Shown here: positions 10,819 through 23,492 of the stretch, piece after piece
Layout: each line of letters starts with the position of its first letter
Position numbering within the stretch: position 1 is the stretch's first letter
Assembly: GCA_004431415.1 (NCBI GenBank)
Contig: QPMI01000620.1
Coordinates: 1-56,212, forward strand
DNA: 56,212 nt
Reading direction: 5' to 3'
From: Cyanophora paradoxa CCMP329
Lineage: Eukaryota > Plantae > Glaucophyta
Program-made: the position numbers and the translations under genes
The notes under the pieces: model-generated
Told to the model about the DNA's origin: nothing
Databases searched by the model: none
What the model saw: the letters and a program-made list of their open reading frames with translations, nothing else

Positions 10819-13800
10819 ATGCAGGCGGTGCTGCGAAGGCGCGGCAGCGTCCCGGATGCGCTCGGCGAGGCGGGCCGGGGGTCCGCACGAGTCCACCCCG
10901 CGGCCGCGCGCGGCTCGGACGAGTCTGAGGAGGCGCTCGCGGCGCGTCGGGGTTCGAGACCCGCTGTGTTCTTCAGCGGGCGGCCGGCGGACGTCTCAGT
11001 GCAGCTGGCGCACGGGAGCGGCGACCCTCCGAGCGCCGGCGAGAGCTCGCATCAGCAGCAGCAGCACCTTCGGGAAGCGATCGAGAACAGCTTGCGGCCG
11101 ACCGGCCGCCTCCGGCTGCGCTTTCGGGACGCGGCGGCCGAGGCGCGGTTCGAGAAGGCGTACGCCGACGCGGGGCGCGCGCGGGTCCGCATCCTCCACA
11201 CCATCGCATCCATCAGCACGTTCGGGGACCGTGCGCGATGGATGGATCCCCGCCTTCGCTCGGGGAGCCGCTGAGCAGCCATTGATTCCGAACCGTTTCG
11301 CGCGCGCGCGCGCAGTGCTCGTCCCCTTGGTGGGCGGATCGGAGATCGCCGGCGCCTCGGCGCCCGGGGCCCGCGCGCCGGTCTCCATAGCCCTCCGCCT
11401 CGGCATCTTCGCCATCTGCTTCGCCCTCGCGCTCTTCTCGTGGACGGAGCGATGCCGGCGGCTCCCGCCGCGCCGCTTCTTCGCGGTGTACACGTGGGGG
11501 CCGGTCGCCGCGTACGCCCTCTTCTGCGTCCGCCGGGCCGCCGTCGTCTACCACGACGCGGGGGTGAGCGCACGCTCCCACGCCCGCCCACCCGCGCGCG
11601 CGCGCCTGCCCGCGGCCGTCCGCCCCCCTCGACTGACCGGGCGATTCGATGGTCGGTGAATCGATCGGTAACGCTTGCAGAGCTACGTTTACTGTGCGTT
11701 ACTACGTTTACTCATCTCGTTCATGATCAGGATTGCGGCACTGATTTAGACTGCGACCGCCGCTTCGAATCCGACGCAGACGACTTCTTTGCGGCGGCGG
11801 TCGCAATCGCGCTGTTCCTGTTCTGCCACATACCCCTCAAGTTCTCGACCGCCCTAGTACCCTACCTCGTATCCATGAGGCGCGCCCTTGCTTATTTACA
11901 CAATGCCGCCGGTCGAAGGACGTAGGGCCTGGACTCCTGTCGAAGCCCCTCTGAGCTTATCCCGCCCCACAGCATCGCGACGGAGCTGGTCGGAGCGTGG
12001 ACGACGCCCTCGCAGGCGCCCTCCAAGCTCCTCATCGCCGGGGCCTTCCAGGCCGTCCTGGGCACCACGACAGTCCTCGTCATCACCGCCGGTGCGCCCG
12101 CTTCGTTAAGTACTTGCCGTTGGTCGAGCTCGAGCTCTCGGGGCGGGGCAGGGGTGCGGTACGAGCTGGAGGCGCGGCGGAGCTTCCTGCAGACGGAGGC
12201 GGTGGAGCGGGCGCGGGAGGAGGCGGTCGCCCGCCAGCGCTCCGCCGTCGCCCTCCTCCGCACCCTCCTCCCGGACCCCGTCCGCCCCGCCCCGCCCCGC
12301 CCGGCCCCGTCCCGCCCGGCCCCGCCGAGCCGACGAGGGGCGGGCCAGGTGATCGAGGCGGTGCACCGGGACGAGTGGGGCCGCATCAACCGCCTCCACG
12401 CCAGCGCCACCGTCGTCTTCGTCTCCGCCGCCGGCGTGGCGGGGGCCGGGGCGGAGCTCGAGGGCGGCGGGGCGCGGGGGGCGCTGGCGGGGATGCGGGC
12501 GCTGATGGCGGCGCTGGAGGCGCTGGCGGAGCGGCACGGCGTCCTCAAGATCAAGTCCATCGGCTCCACCTTCATGGCTCGCCCCCGTCCCCGCCCCGGC
12601 CCCCCGCACGGCCGGCCTCTCACGCCGCCCCCCGCAGGGCGTCAGCGGCATTGCGTTCGACGCGGACGAGGAGGACGAGGTGGAGGAGGAGGAAGAGAGC
12701 CCGCGGGGTATGCGGCCGCGGCTTGGCTCGGGGTACGGGGCGGGGGACGGGCGCGTGCGGGGCCGCTGGCTGCGGCGGGGCGAGGGCGAGGGCGGGGCGC
12801 GGGTGCACCACACGGAGGCGGCGGCGGCCTTTGCGCTCGACGCGGTCGACGCCGCCCGGGCCCTCGCCTTCTCCATCAAGGCCGGCCTCTTCGAGTGCGC
12901 CCGCGACCGCCGCCGCTGCCGCCGGCGCCGGCGCGGCCTCACGACGCCGCCGGCGCAGGGCCCGCTGGTGAGCGGCGTGATCGGCTGCCGCCTCGCCTTC
13001 GACGTCTTCGGCGACGCGTGCGCCCCGCCCGCCCCGGCACGCTGCCCCGCCGCGCCGCTGACCCCTCCCGCCCCGCAGCTGCAACCTCGCGCAGCGGTGC
13101 CCCGCCCCGCGCAGCCCCCCACCGCCCGCCTCCGCCGCCCTGACCGACGCGGGGCGGCAGGATGTGCCTGCACGGGGTCGAGGGCCGCGTGCAGCTGCCG
13201 ACGGCGGCTCGGGACGCGCTGCAGGCGGCCGCCGAGCTGCGCGCCGCCGCCGACCCCGCGGGAGCCCCCGGCGCCCCCGCCTTCGCCTTCTCCCCGCCCC
13301 GCATCGTCCTCGTCAAGGGCCGCGGGCCGATCTCGTCCTGCCTCCTCGAGAGGGGCCGGCCGGGCGCATCCTCCCCAACCAAGGCGCCCGCTCGCGTCCA
13401 CGCGGTCCTGAGCGAAGCGGAGGACCCTTCGCCCGTGACCGCGAAGGGAACGTTCGCCGAGAGCCCGCCGCCCAAGGCCCGCGACCCTTCGCCGCCGCAG
13501 TTCTCCGCCTCGTGCCGCACGCGCCGCGCGAGCAACAGCGCCGCCAGCGACAGCACGGCGGGTAAACCTTCCCCCGCCCCGCCCTTCCGCCCGCAGCGGC
13601 CTCCTTCTGATACCCGACGCCAGGGGTACTCCGCTCTGTGGACGACGGGCCGGACTTTTCCCCCTTCGCGCACCTCAGGCGCGCCCAGCGTACCCCCCTG
13701 ACCAGCCTCTGTCTCCTGATTGCGACGCCCGCCCTCTACCCCCGCAGGATGGGCCTGGACATGCCCGCCGCCCCCTCAGGCCACCCCAGCGAGTCGCCGG

Positions 13801-14703
13801 AGGGGTCGGCGCCCACCACGCGGCGCTCGTCCGGCGCGTCCAGCACTTCCCGGCGCGGCGCGCGGGGCCCCGCCGGCCCCGCGTACCTCCCCTCCGCCTC
13901 CCTCATCTCCCGCCTCCCGACCTTCCCGCGGGCCGATCCCGACCCTCAGGCTCCGGAGGCCGGGCCGGGAGGGGGGCCCCGCACGCCCCGGACGCCCTTC
14001 CGCCACTCCCGCAGCGCCCGCGTCGCGCCGGCCGCCCTGCTCCCAAGAGACGCCACCGCCCCGGGGGGCTCGAGCCCGGACGCCTCGCCCCCCCGCCACG
14101 CTGCCCCGATCTCCCCCCCCTGGTCGCCCTCCCCTTTCCTCGTCCTGGCGGGCCGCCGCCCCTCCGTCGCTAGCCTCGGCCAGCCCCCCTCGCCCCTTTC
14201 GCCCTTCGTCTCCAGTCCCCCTGCCCGCCCGCGGGTGCCTCCGCCCCCGCGCCCGCTCCGCCCCCGTCCGCCCGCCCACTTTCGCCGCAGTCGTTCTTCA
14301 GCTGGAAGCGGAGCGCCCGGGTGCCGATCCAGAGACCCGACAAGAGGAGACGCTCGCACCGCTGGTGGCAGCTGCGATACCTCGATCCCGAGGACGAGAC
14401 TGCGTGCGCCGCTTGTACCCTCCGCAAGTCCCGTACCCCCGCGAGCGACGTGTACCCCCCAGTTATTGGGAGGCGTCGGCTCCGAGCCTCAAGATGGGCC
14501 TCCGGCAGCTGGTTCAGTGGGCTTTTCTGCACACTCTCATCTTTCCGGTACCCTCTTCCGTCCCATGTACCGTACCCCCTCCCTTTCTAATCCATACCCC
14601 GCGCAGATTGCGAAGCTGATGGCGAACAACACGGTTACCAACAAGCTCGTGGAGCGGTGCATACCCCGCCCCACACCCGTTCGCCTTTCCGTGCCCGACT
14701 AAC

Positions 14704-14736
<33 letters not shown>

Positions 14737-16793
14737 CCCCTCTCCCGCGCCCTCCCCCCGGCAGGTACCGCCTTCGAGCGATTGGCTTTCTGTTCATGCT
14801 GGGGGTACCGTCGCGATCTGGAAGTTGCCCCGGATCTCTGTGCGCTCCCCGACAGTCCTCCCCTGCCCCTCTACCCCTGCCCCCCCCCCCCCCTCACCTT
14901 AGCCCCTTCCCCAGCGGTTCTGGCGGCTAGCGGCGGCTCACCTGATCGTGGCCGGAGTGGCCCTCGGACCGTGCCTCCAGTACCTTTTTGAGTTTGGTGT
15001 GTACTGTACCCCGAAAGATTCCCCCTTCCCCCCCCCCCCCGAGAGCGATTCGAACCCCCGCGCAGTGTGGGAGCTCCAGCAGAACCCCCTCGACAGGATC
15101 GCGTACCCCGCCATGAGCCTCAGGTGAGCCCGGCCCAACCATTTCGTCGTGCACGGAAGCGCCGCGGGCGAGGGGCGAGCGAGCGAGCGAACGTTCGCCC
15201 GCTACGTTCGCAGCGACGCCGATGCGACGTTCGGGCTCGTCTTCTCGGCCTCCGTCGGCATGCTACCCTTCTGGCAGACCCAGGTACCCCCCCCCCCCCT
15301 TGGAAGAAACTACGCGCAAGCAGGAAAGCGAGCGAACGCGTATCCGCCTGCGTTCGCAGGCGTGGGTGGCCCCCATCGTGGCGTGCAGCGTCTTCACCGT
15401 TGCGAGCCGCCCCAACGACGTTGTGCCTCTCTGGCTCGGCCTCTTCGCGGCCGTCGTCAGCGCCGCCGGCTACCTCCGCGAGGCCGAGGCACGCAGGTGC
15501 GTCGAGCCTTGAGCTTGTGCGGCGGGTCCGGTTGCTCGCTGACGGCGCCTGACGCGCAGGGGCTTCGAGCTGCGGGGCCGGGCGGGGCGGGAGGCGCGGG
15601 TGGCGGCGGAGGCGGAGGCGGACACGCGTGCGCTCCTCGACCTCTGCCTCCCCCGCGCCGTCCTCCGCCGCCTCCCCGCCCCCTGGCCCCTCGCCCCGGG
15701 CCCCGACAACCCCCTCGCCTCCGCGTGCGCCCGCCGCCCCCGCCCCGCCGCCGTCGCCGAACGCTTTGTCTCACTGGCCATGGGGCCGGCGGCAGCGAGC
15801 TCGAGACGATGGAGTTCGAGAGCGTGGCGGTGCTGCAGAGCGACATCGTCGGCTTCTCGGCGCTCAGCGGCCGCACCGACCCGCACCGCCTCGTCGACGC
15901 CCTCAGTGCCCCCCGCCCCGCCCCGCCCCGCCCCGCCCCGCTTGTCTCACGTGCGCCCCGCCAGACGCGCTCTTCGCCGCCTGCGACGAGATCGCCGAGC
16001 GCCACGGCGTCCAGACCCTCCGCACCGCCGGCGGTCCGCCCCGCCCCTCCCCTTGCCGCACGCCCTGGCCCCCCCGCGTTGCTGAGGCGGCGGCGGCGGG
16101 CAGACTCGTGGGTGGGGCGGTGGGGCTGGAGGGCCCCGCGGGCCCGCGGGAGGTGGGCGCCCTGCTGCGCGCCGCCGACGAGATGCGGGCCCTCTACGAG
16201 CGGACCCGCGTCCTCGCCCGCCGCGCCGCGCCCATGAGCGGCTCGCTGCGCGTCGGCCCCGGCGGGGACGCGCGGGAGCGGCCGGCGGACTTCGGAGAGG
16301 GCAGCGGCCGCCTTGTGGAGGAGCCGGTGCGAGGGCCCGCCCGCCTGCCGGCCATGGCCGGCCGGGTGCAGCTGACGGGGTGCAGATCGCGGCGCGGATT
16401 GGGGTGGGGCTGGGGCGGGCGGCGGGGGCCGTCGTGGGGGCGAAGCGGTGGACGTGGGAGCTGGTCGGCCCCGCGGCGGACGACGCCGGCGAGATGGAGC
16501 GCACGGGCCTCCCCGCCCGCGTCCACGTGCGCTCTGCCCCCTCGCCCGCCCCGCTCTGCCCCCCGTCCCGCCGCCCCCGCCCACGCCGGGCGCAGGTGAC
16601 GGCGGCGGTGGCGGCGGGGGCGGGGCCGGGCTTCGCCTTCGAGCCCCGCGACGCAGACTCCGACTCCCTCCTCCTCGTCTCCTGCCCGGGGTCGAAGCCG
16701 CCCTCGATCCCGAGCCTCGGCCCCGGCCCCAGCGGCGTCGGCGTAGGCCTCAGATCCATCGCCTCGTCAACCTTGCGCGGCCCGCTGGAGTGA
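10819..16793 (+). CDS. Class III membrane adenylyl cyclase with two catalytic domains (multi-exon)
   Basis: TM cluster, then domain 1: VLKIKSIGSTFM, GPLVSGVIGCRLAFDVFGDA|CNLAQR|MCLHGVEGRVQ. Second TM cluster, then domain 2: EFESVAVLQSDIVGFSALS, LRTAG|DSWVG, ARIGVGLG..GAVVGAKRWTWELVG..EMERTGLPARVH; stop 16791-16793. Could be two genes split near 13600-14300. Confidence 0.8.
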
Positions 16794-17642
16794 TTTCAAC
16801 AGATCTAGATAGAACTGTTTATGTAGCGGCCATCCTTTCAAAATCAGTTTAATTTGCGACTCGTCGAGTCCGTTTCGGGCCTCGCGCTGCGTTTGCAGTG
16901 CTAGTGTTCTTTGCAGTCTTCGGCCCATGCGATGGCCATGGCGCCGGCCCTCACACAGTCTACTTGCAATTGGGTACCTTCTTTTGTATGTACGTCTAGA
17001 TGCATATGGCGGTCCTTATATACTGGTTCGAATTCTCAGCATCACCTGTACACTTGCTTTAATTCTCATGCGAAGAGCCTTCAATTAATTGCGCGATGCA
17101 TCTGCTTGTTGATACCGATAAGCGCCTCGAAATCTTAAGCTTCAATGTGTGCGTGTACTTGAACTCGTTGCTGTTTTTGATGCGATCCGATGCATTGGAA
17201 ATGCATGACAGTCAATCGATATCGCCGAGTCGGCGTGCTTTCGAATTCTTTCGCAGTGCCATCATGTACCGCAGTACATATACATGTACGTTAAATTATA
17301 TAAACAAATGCATGATTTATGATTAAATTGATTATAAATTACCCAGCAATCCAGAACGGGGCACAACATTTCGCGATCGCTCGCGATCGGGGGGTACCGG
17401 TCGCTCGCTCGCTCGCTCGCTCGTCGCTCGCTCAATAGTTGGCGGATGCTGGCCCCCGCGCCCCTGGCCATGGCCCGGCCCGCGGCCCCCGGGCCCCGCG
17501 CACGGGGCCCGAGGAGATAGCCCGCCCCCGCGGCGCGGCCGGCCCCGCGGCGGGTACACGTAGACACCGCAGCCGCCCTTAGGATGACGCTCTAGATCTA
17601 AATATCGATATCTATGCGTCTGAACTGCGTGGCTAGAGCCTT

Positions 17643-19252
17643 CTAGGAACTGGGGACCTCCTTGCCCTGCAAGGCGGCGAGTCGGGCCAAGACCTGCGGT
17701 CGACATCGCCCGTGGGGCGTCAGACCGGGCGCGGGGATTAAGGGATGGATGGATGTGGGCGGCGCCGGCGCGCCTGCGGGGGGTGCGTCGCGGCGCGGAC
17801 CTGCACGCGGGCGCGGGGATGCGGTCAGAGGGGGCCGGAGCTCAGCTAACACGAAAGATGAAGCTCCTAGCTGAGCTACTATCTGGAACTTTTCCGGCAG
17901 GGATCTTCTCCGCAACTAGCGCTCAAGCCCGCTTATATTTTTGAATCGAATTCGAAAGGGCGCACGTTCTCGAAGCGCTCGCGGACGACGCCCTCGGGGT
18001 CGATGAGGAACGTGTTGCGCGCCGAGCCCGACCCGAACTTGAAGTCAAGCCTGGGGGTACGCGGTTTCAGGGGATGGAGGGGGGGAGGGGGGCGGGTGGG
18101 GGTGAGTTCGGGGGCACCAGGAGCCGTAGAGCCGTGAGACGGCGCCCCTCTGCGTGAACGGAAGGGGGGGTAAGGGGAACGAAGGTTCAGAATGAGGAGA
18201 GGAAGGTGGGGGTACAACGCCAACGTGAGGAGGGTGGGGGTGGGGAGGGTGGGGGGGGGAGCACCGGTTCTGCGTCGGAGAGGAGCGGGAACCGGAGGCC
18301 GTACTCGTCACAGAAACCTGAAGGGGGCGGGGGGGGGGGGGGGGGGGTAAGGGAAGCCGGAGTACAGGAAGGACCGATGGCGGGGGTACGGCCGCGGCGC
18401 ACCGTTGTGGGACTCGACAGTGTCGGCGGAGACGCCGACGACCTCCGCGTTCAGATCGTGGAACTGCTGCAGCGTCTCTGCGGGATCCGGAGGCGATCGG
18501 ATTGCTCAGGTTCGGGACTCAGGTGAGCGGGGGCGGGCGAGGGCGGGTTCGCGCGCGCCCTGGAACCGCCGCGCTTCGATGGTGCAGCCACTCGTGAAGT
18601 CGGCCGCTGCGTAGCGGCTCAGGTGAGTCCTCTTGAGGAGCGCCACGACGCCGGGGCGGATCAGATTCGGCGCGGCACACGCACGGTAGAAGTAGAGAAC
18701 GACCCAGGACTTGCCCTTGTAGTCGGAGAGCGTCACGGTTCCGTCCAGGCCTGCCGCGAGCGATTTAGCGGACGCGCGTCGTGGGCCGGGGGCGAACAGG
18801 CGGTCCGCGGCCGACTGGGCCGTGCGCGCGCGCGCGCGCGCCGCACCAGAGAGCGTAAAGTCGGGCGCCGGGGATCCGACCTCTGGTAGCTGCGCCCGCA
18901 TGCATATCGTTAGCTAGCGCGCATACGCCCCATCGCCTGTGCCCGCGCTCGCGCTCGCGCGGCGGCACGTGCGTACCTTCGTCGAGGTCGGGGCGGGCGC
19001 CGCCCGGGCAGGGGACGCCCCGGCGAGGCCCGCGGCGGTGAGCGCGAGGATTGCCGCCCTCCGCGAGACCGTTGCGGGTGCCGGCTGCCGGCTGGGGCCC
19101 GCGGACGACGACGCGAGGAACTGCGGCGTGCCCGCCGCGCGCTGGCCGGCCCGGGCGGGCGCCTGGAGATGCTTACGCTTTGCAGGCACCGGCGTGCCGG
19201 CGAACGCCGACGTGGACGAGCGGAGCGCCGGGACTGGCGCGACGAACATCAT
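17643..19252 (-). CDS. PRXQ: Peroxiredoxin Q / BCP, plastid-targeted with Tat-type lumen signal (multi-exon)
   Basis: LPEVGSPAPDFTL, LSDYKGKSWVVLYFY, DFTSGCTIEA, VVGVSADTVESH, FCDEYGLRFPLLSD, RNTFLIDPEGVVR; N-terminal MMFVAP..SAFAG transit peptide and VSRRAAILALTAAGLAGASPARA. Confidence 0.88.
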
Positions 19253-19301
19253 TTTGTGTATCCCGTCTTGGCTGCCTTCAGGTACTAGTGCCTTTTCAGC
19301 A
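19253..19301. promoter_or_regulatory. 49-bp head-to-head spacer between the PrxQ and carboxypeptidase start codons (bidirectional promoter/overlapping 5' UTRs)
   Basis: CAT ending at 19252 and ATG at 19302, both followed by plausible targeting peptides. Confidence 0.5.
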
Positions 19302-22300
19302 ATGCGCGGCCGGCTTCTGGTCCTCGCCGCGGCGCTGGTCTTGCTCTCCACAGCGGCGGCGCTGCGCGGCGAGTCCGCGCAGCGCCCGCTGGGCCCCGTG
19401 CCCTTCGCACCGGTCAAGCAGCATGGACAGGGCGCGCCCAAGCAGGAGCCCGGCGAGGCGCACCGCGTGCTACAGATCCCCGGCCTGGATCCGAAGGTGC
19501 GCTGGGCGCCCCGGCCCGAAAGCGCCGGCGCGCGCGGTTGTGTGCACGCAGCGAGCCAGCTCTTCCACGGCGCTCATACGTGCCATGAATACAGATGTTA
19601 AGCATCCAAACAGAGCGATTCGCCTTTGTTGAACGCGTCGCGCGCAGGCCCTCGGCCCCAGCTACGCCGGCTTCGTTCCGGTCCGATCCTTGCCGCGCCG
19701 CGCTTGCACTCGCGCGGCGCAGCAGACCAACTCTGACGCAGATCAACGCGACGGGGGCGGCGGACGGGGAGCCGGGAATGATGTTCTACTGGTTCGCATC
19801 CCTTCACTTAACTTGGATCCGGAATTTGATCCGAGCCGCCCGGCCGACGATGCTCGCGCCCCGATCGACGCGCGCTCCGCGCAGGCTCTTCGAGGCGGAG
19901 AAGGACGCCGAGAGCGCCCCGCTCGTGCTGTGGCTCTCCGGCGGGCCCGGCTGCTCGTCCACATTCGCCCTCCTCTTCGTGCGCGAAAGCGAATCAGAGC
20001 CCCCCGGATTCGAACCCATGACGCCCGATCCGCGTGCGCAGGAGAACGGCCCCTTCACCATCGACCGCGAGGGGACGCTGGAGACGAACCCGTTCTCGTG
20101 GCACAAGGTGGGCGTACCCCCCCTCCCGCAGCCACCCGCCCGTACCCCCCGTGACGCCCCGGCAGGTCGCGAACGTCCTCTGGGTGGACCAGCCCCTGGG
20201 TACCGGCTTCAGCTACGTCTCGGATCCGAAGGGGTATACCCGCGACGAGAGGACAATCGGTGGGCGTACCCCGCTTCATCTCTGCGCCCCTCTGGCGCCG
20301 ACGCCGTGCCCTCCGCAGCCGAGGATCTGTACTGGTTTATGCAGGGCTTCTTCGCGCTGCACCCCCGCTTCTACCCCCTCCCCTTCTACATTTTCGGCGA
20401 GAGCTACGCCGGGCACTACGGTACCCCCGCGCTCTAGGTCTCCGTGGCCGGTACCCCTCCTCGCCCGACCTCCCCCGCAGTCCCCGCGTTCGCGGCGCGG
20501 ATCCTGACGGCGGGGGCGGCGGGCATGGGGCCGTACCCCCCGAACCTCAAGGGCATCGGCATCGGCAACGGCATGACCGATCCGGTCGTCCAGGTACCCC
20601 CCTCCCTCCCCCCCCCCGCGCCCGTTTTCCGCTCCCTGACTCCGCTCCCTGCAGTACGGACAGTACTCGAAGGTGGGTGGGAGCGTGCGGGGCGGCGGCG
20701 CCCACGGCTGCAGAAAGATGCTTTAGAGGCTTTTACAGCCCGGCGGAGACCGATACCCCGATCGGGGGCTAACCCCGACCCCCGGCCCCGCCCCGCCACC
20801 CCCCCGCCCCGCCACGCCCCGCCCCGCCCCGCCCCGCTCTGCTCGGCTGCTGACCGACCCCGGCCCTCAGTTCGCGTACGCGCACGGCCTCATCGACGCC
20901 AACGCCGTCGCCCAGGCGAGCCCCGCCCCCGCCCCCGCCCCCGTCCCCCGTCCCCAGACTCCACGCTCCCCCGTCCTCCACGCCTCTAGATCTCTAGATC
21001 TAGATCTTCGAGCTCAAGTTTCAAGTCCTGTTGATTTCGACTCCTCGCCGAGCGCGCTGCTGACCGCGCGGGGCGGGGCGCGCGGGGTGGCGGCAGGCGG
21101 ACGCGAAGCACGCGGAGTGCGCGGCGGCCCGCGAGGCCGGCCAGCCCGTGCGCGTACCCCCCCTCCTACCCCCCTCCTCCTCCTCCCCCCCTCTTCTCCT
21201 CTCATCCTCCCCCCCTCCCCCCGGCAGCCCGGGGCGCTCTTCTCGCTCTGCAACGAGGTCTTCGGCGTCGTCCTCGCCGCCGCCGGGCCCGTCAACGTGC
21301 GCGTGCTAAAAGAGGCTGCGATCCGATGCGACAGAGAGACGCTAGCGCGTCGTCAGCGCAAGGGCTGAATGCTTGTACCTTCTTCGCGCGCGCGTTCGAG
21401 TGCTCAGGTGTACGACGTGCGGGACAGCTGCGTGACGCAGGGCGGCAGCTGCTACCAGACCCCGCAGGCCGCCGCCTGGCTCGCCGTGCGCCCCTCGGAT
21501 CGCATCCGATCAGATCTGATGTGATCCGATCGCTTCGTTCGCAGCGGGAGGACGTGCAGGAGGCGCTCCACGTGATCGCCCCCGGCCAGGCGAGCGTTCG
21601 CCCCGCCCCGCCAGCCCCCCCGCGCCCATACCCCCCTCCTCTCTCTACTCCCCACCCCTCCCCCAAATCTGCGCGCGAAGCTCCCTTCGCGCTTTTGCAG
21701 TGATTTCACCGCCGCTCGCCTGGCGCAGGCGACGCGGAAGTGGGAGATGTGCGACATGCGCGTCTACGAGAAGCTGCGGGGCGACTGGTGCGCCCCTAGG
21801 CCTGCGCGGGCGCCCTCTGCACCCCCCTTCCCCTTCCCCCCTTCCTTCGGAACCCCTGTGGCCTCGCCTCCGCCGACCCTGGCCATGGCTCCGCAGGTTT
21901 GTCCCGCAGAAGTTTGCGATCCCCCTCCTCCTCGAGCACTACAAGGTACCCCCCTCCTCCGCCCACCCCCCCCCGCCCGCGCGACGGTACCCCGCAGGTT
22001 CTCGTCTACGCGGGCGACATGGACCTGATCTGCAACCACATGGGCCAGAGCGCTTGGTGCTGTCCCCCCTAGGAGCTGTACCCCCCTTGGGGTACGGGAT
22101 TGAGGGGCGGTTTCCGTGCAGGCTCCAGCAAATGGAATGGACCGGGCGCCCCGGCTTCCTCGCCGCCCCCGTGCGCCCCCTTGAATCAGATCAGACCTGA
22201 TCTGATCTGATCTGATCTGATCTGAGCTGCCGGCGGCTTGGCGGCCCGCAGAGGCGCCTGTGGGCCCTGGGGGACGCCCTGGCGGGGTACGCGCACTCCT

Positions 22301-22660
22301 CGGGGCCCCTCACGTACCTCGTGCGCCGTACCCCTCCCCTCGTCCTCCTCCCCGTTTCGGCCGACGCGTACCCCGGCAGGTCGTGCGGAACGCCGGCCAT
22401 ATGGGTTCGCCGCCCCGCCCCGGCCCTCGAGATCAGATCAGATCTGATCTGATCTGATCTGATGTGAGCAGTGCCTATGGACCAACCAAGGGCGGCCCTG
22501 GGTGCGCGCCAATCCCCTCCTCTCGAAGAAGCCCGGATCATATAAAGTGGGCCTCTGCCTCAGACCCACCATAACGTTGACCGTCGCCCCCGCAGAGATG
22601 CTGCGGCTCTTCGTCACGGACGCCGAGATCGGTTCGGCGTCGGCGTCCCAACCAAATTAG
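19302..22660 (+). CDS. Serine carboxypeptidase, family S10, secreted/vacuolar (multi-exon)
   Basis: Signal peptide MRGRLLVLAAALVLLSTAAA; PLVLWLSGGPGCSS, ENGPF, NPFSW, NVLWVDQPLGTGFSY, GESYAGHY (Ser), GIGIGNGMTDP, VYAGDMDLICN (Asp), RNAGHM|VPMDQP (His). Confidence 0.93.
22186..22463. repeat. Intronic (GATCA)n/(GATCT)n pentanucleotide microsatellites, self-complementary
   Basis: atcagatcagacctgatctgatctgatct... at 22186-22223 and gatcagatcagatctgatctgatct... at 22431-22463. Confidence 0.8.
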
Positions 22661-23492
22661 TCGGCTATATATAGATCGGTCGTATCTACACGTTCCTATG
22701 TACACAAATGTGCACGCTCTGCTGCTGCTGCTGTCCCTTCGAAATTCGAATCCGCGAACCCCGCTTCGCGAGCCGCCTCCGAGCTCCGAGGCTCTGTTCC
22801 AAGTTTGTACACGGGGTTGAAGAGGTATATATATAATCCCCAACGTTAACGTTAATTATATAACCGCGTCTCCTATACAGTGAGCGGTCGACGTCTCTTT
22901 TTTTTAAGCCCTGGCCTGGGGGAGGCCCTTTAATATCCCGGTCGGGCGCGGGTCCCTTCGTCGCCCGGCGGCCGTGCGGCTGCTGCAATGAGCACGAGGC
23001 GTTCCCGCTCGAGCTCTCAGTCGATCAAGGGCCGGGCCCTGCCGCCGCGCACGCGCGCTACCCGGGTCGACCGAAGGGGAGGGTTACCCATATCGACATC
23101 GCTTTCCTTTTTAAGCTTTAAGCTTGGCAATCAAAACAGCAAGAGAAACATCGAGAAGTTAGCCCGGCCGCGGCAATATTTAGTTGCACTCGCCGATCAT
23201 CGGATCGCAAATTCATGCCGGTGCACGTGCACGTGATCGATATCATATGCATGATTGATTGCATCATGGCATTCGAAATTCGCAGAAGACATTGAAACAA
23301 GAAACTGCCAGGGTTGATTGAAACTTCGTATTCATGGGTATGCTGCCATGCTGCGGGTACTGATCGGAAGCGGCGGCTGTGCAGTGCGAAGGCTAGCGGG
23401 GTAGTGTGGAGGAGAAGAGATCTACAATTGGTTAAGGTCTGTACAGCACAGCAACGCACTTACGGCTGGATTCGAAGGGGGGTACGCTATAG

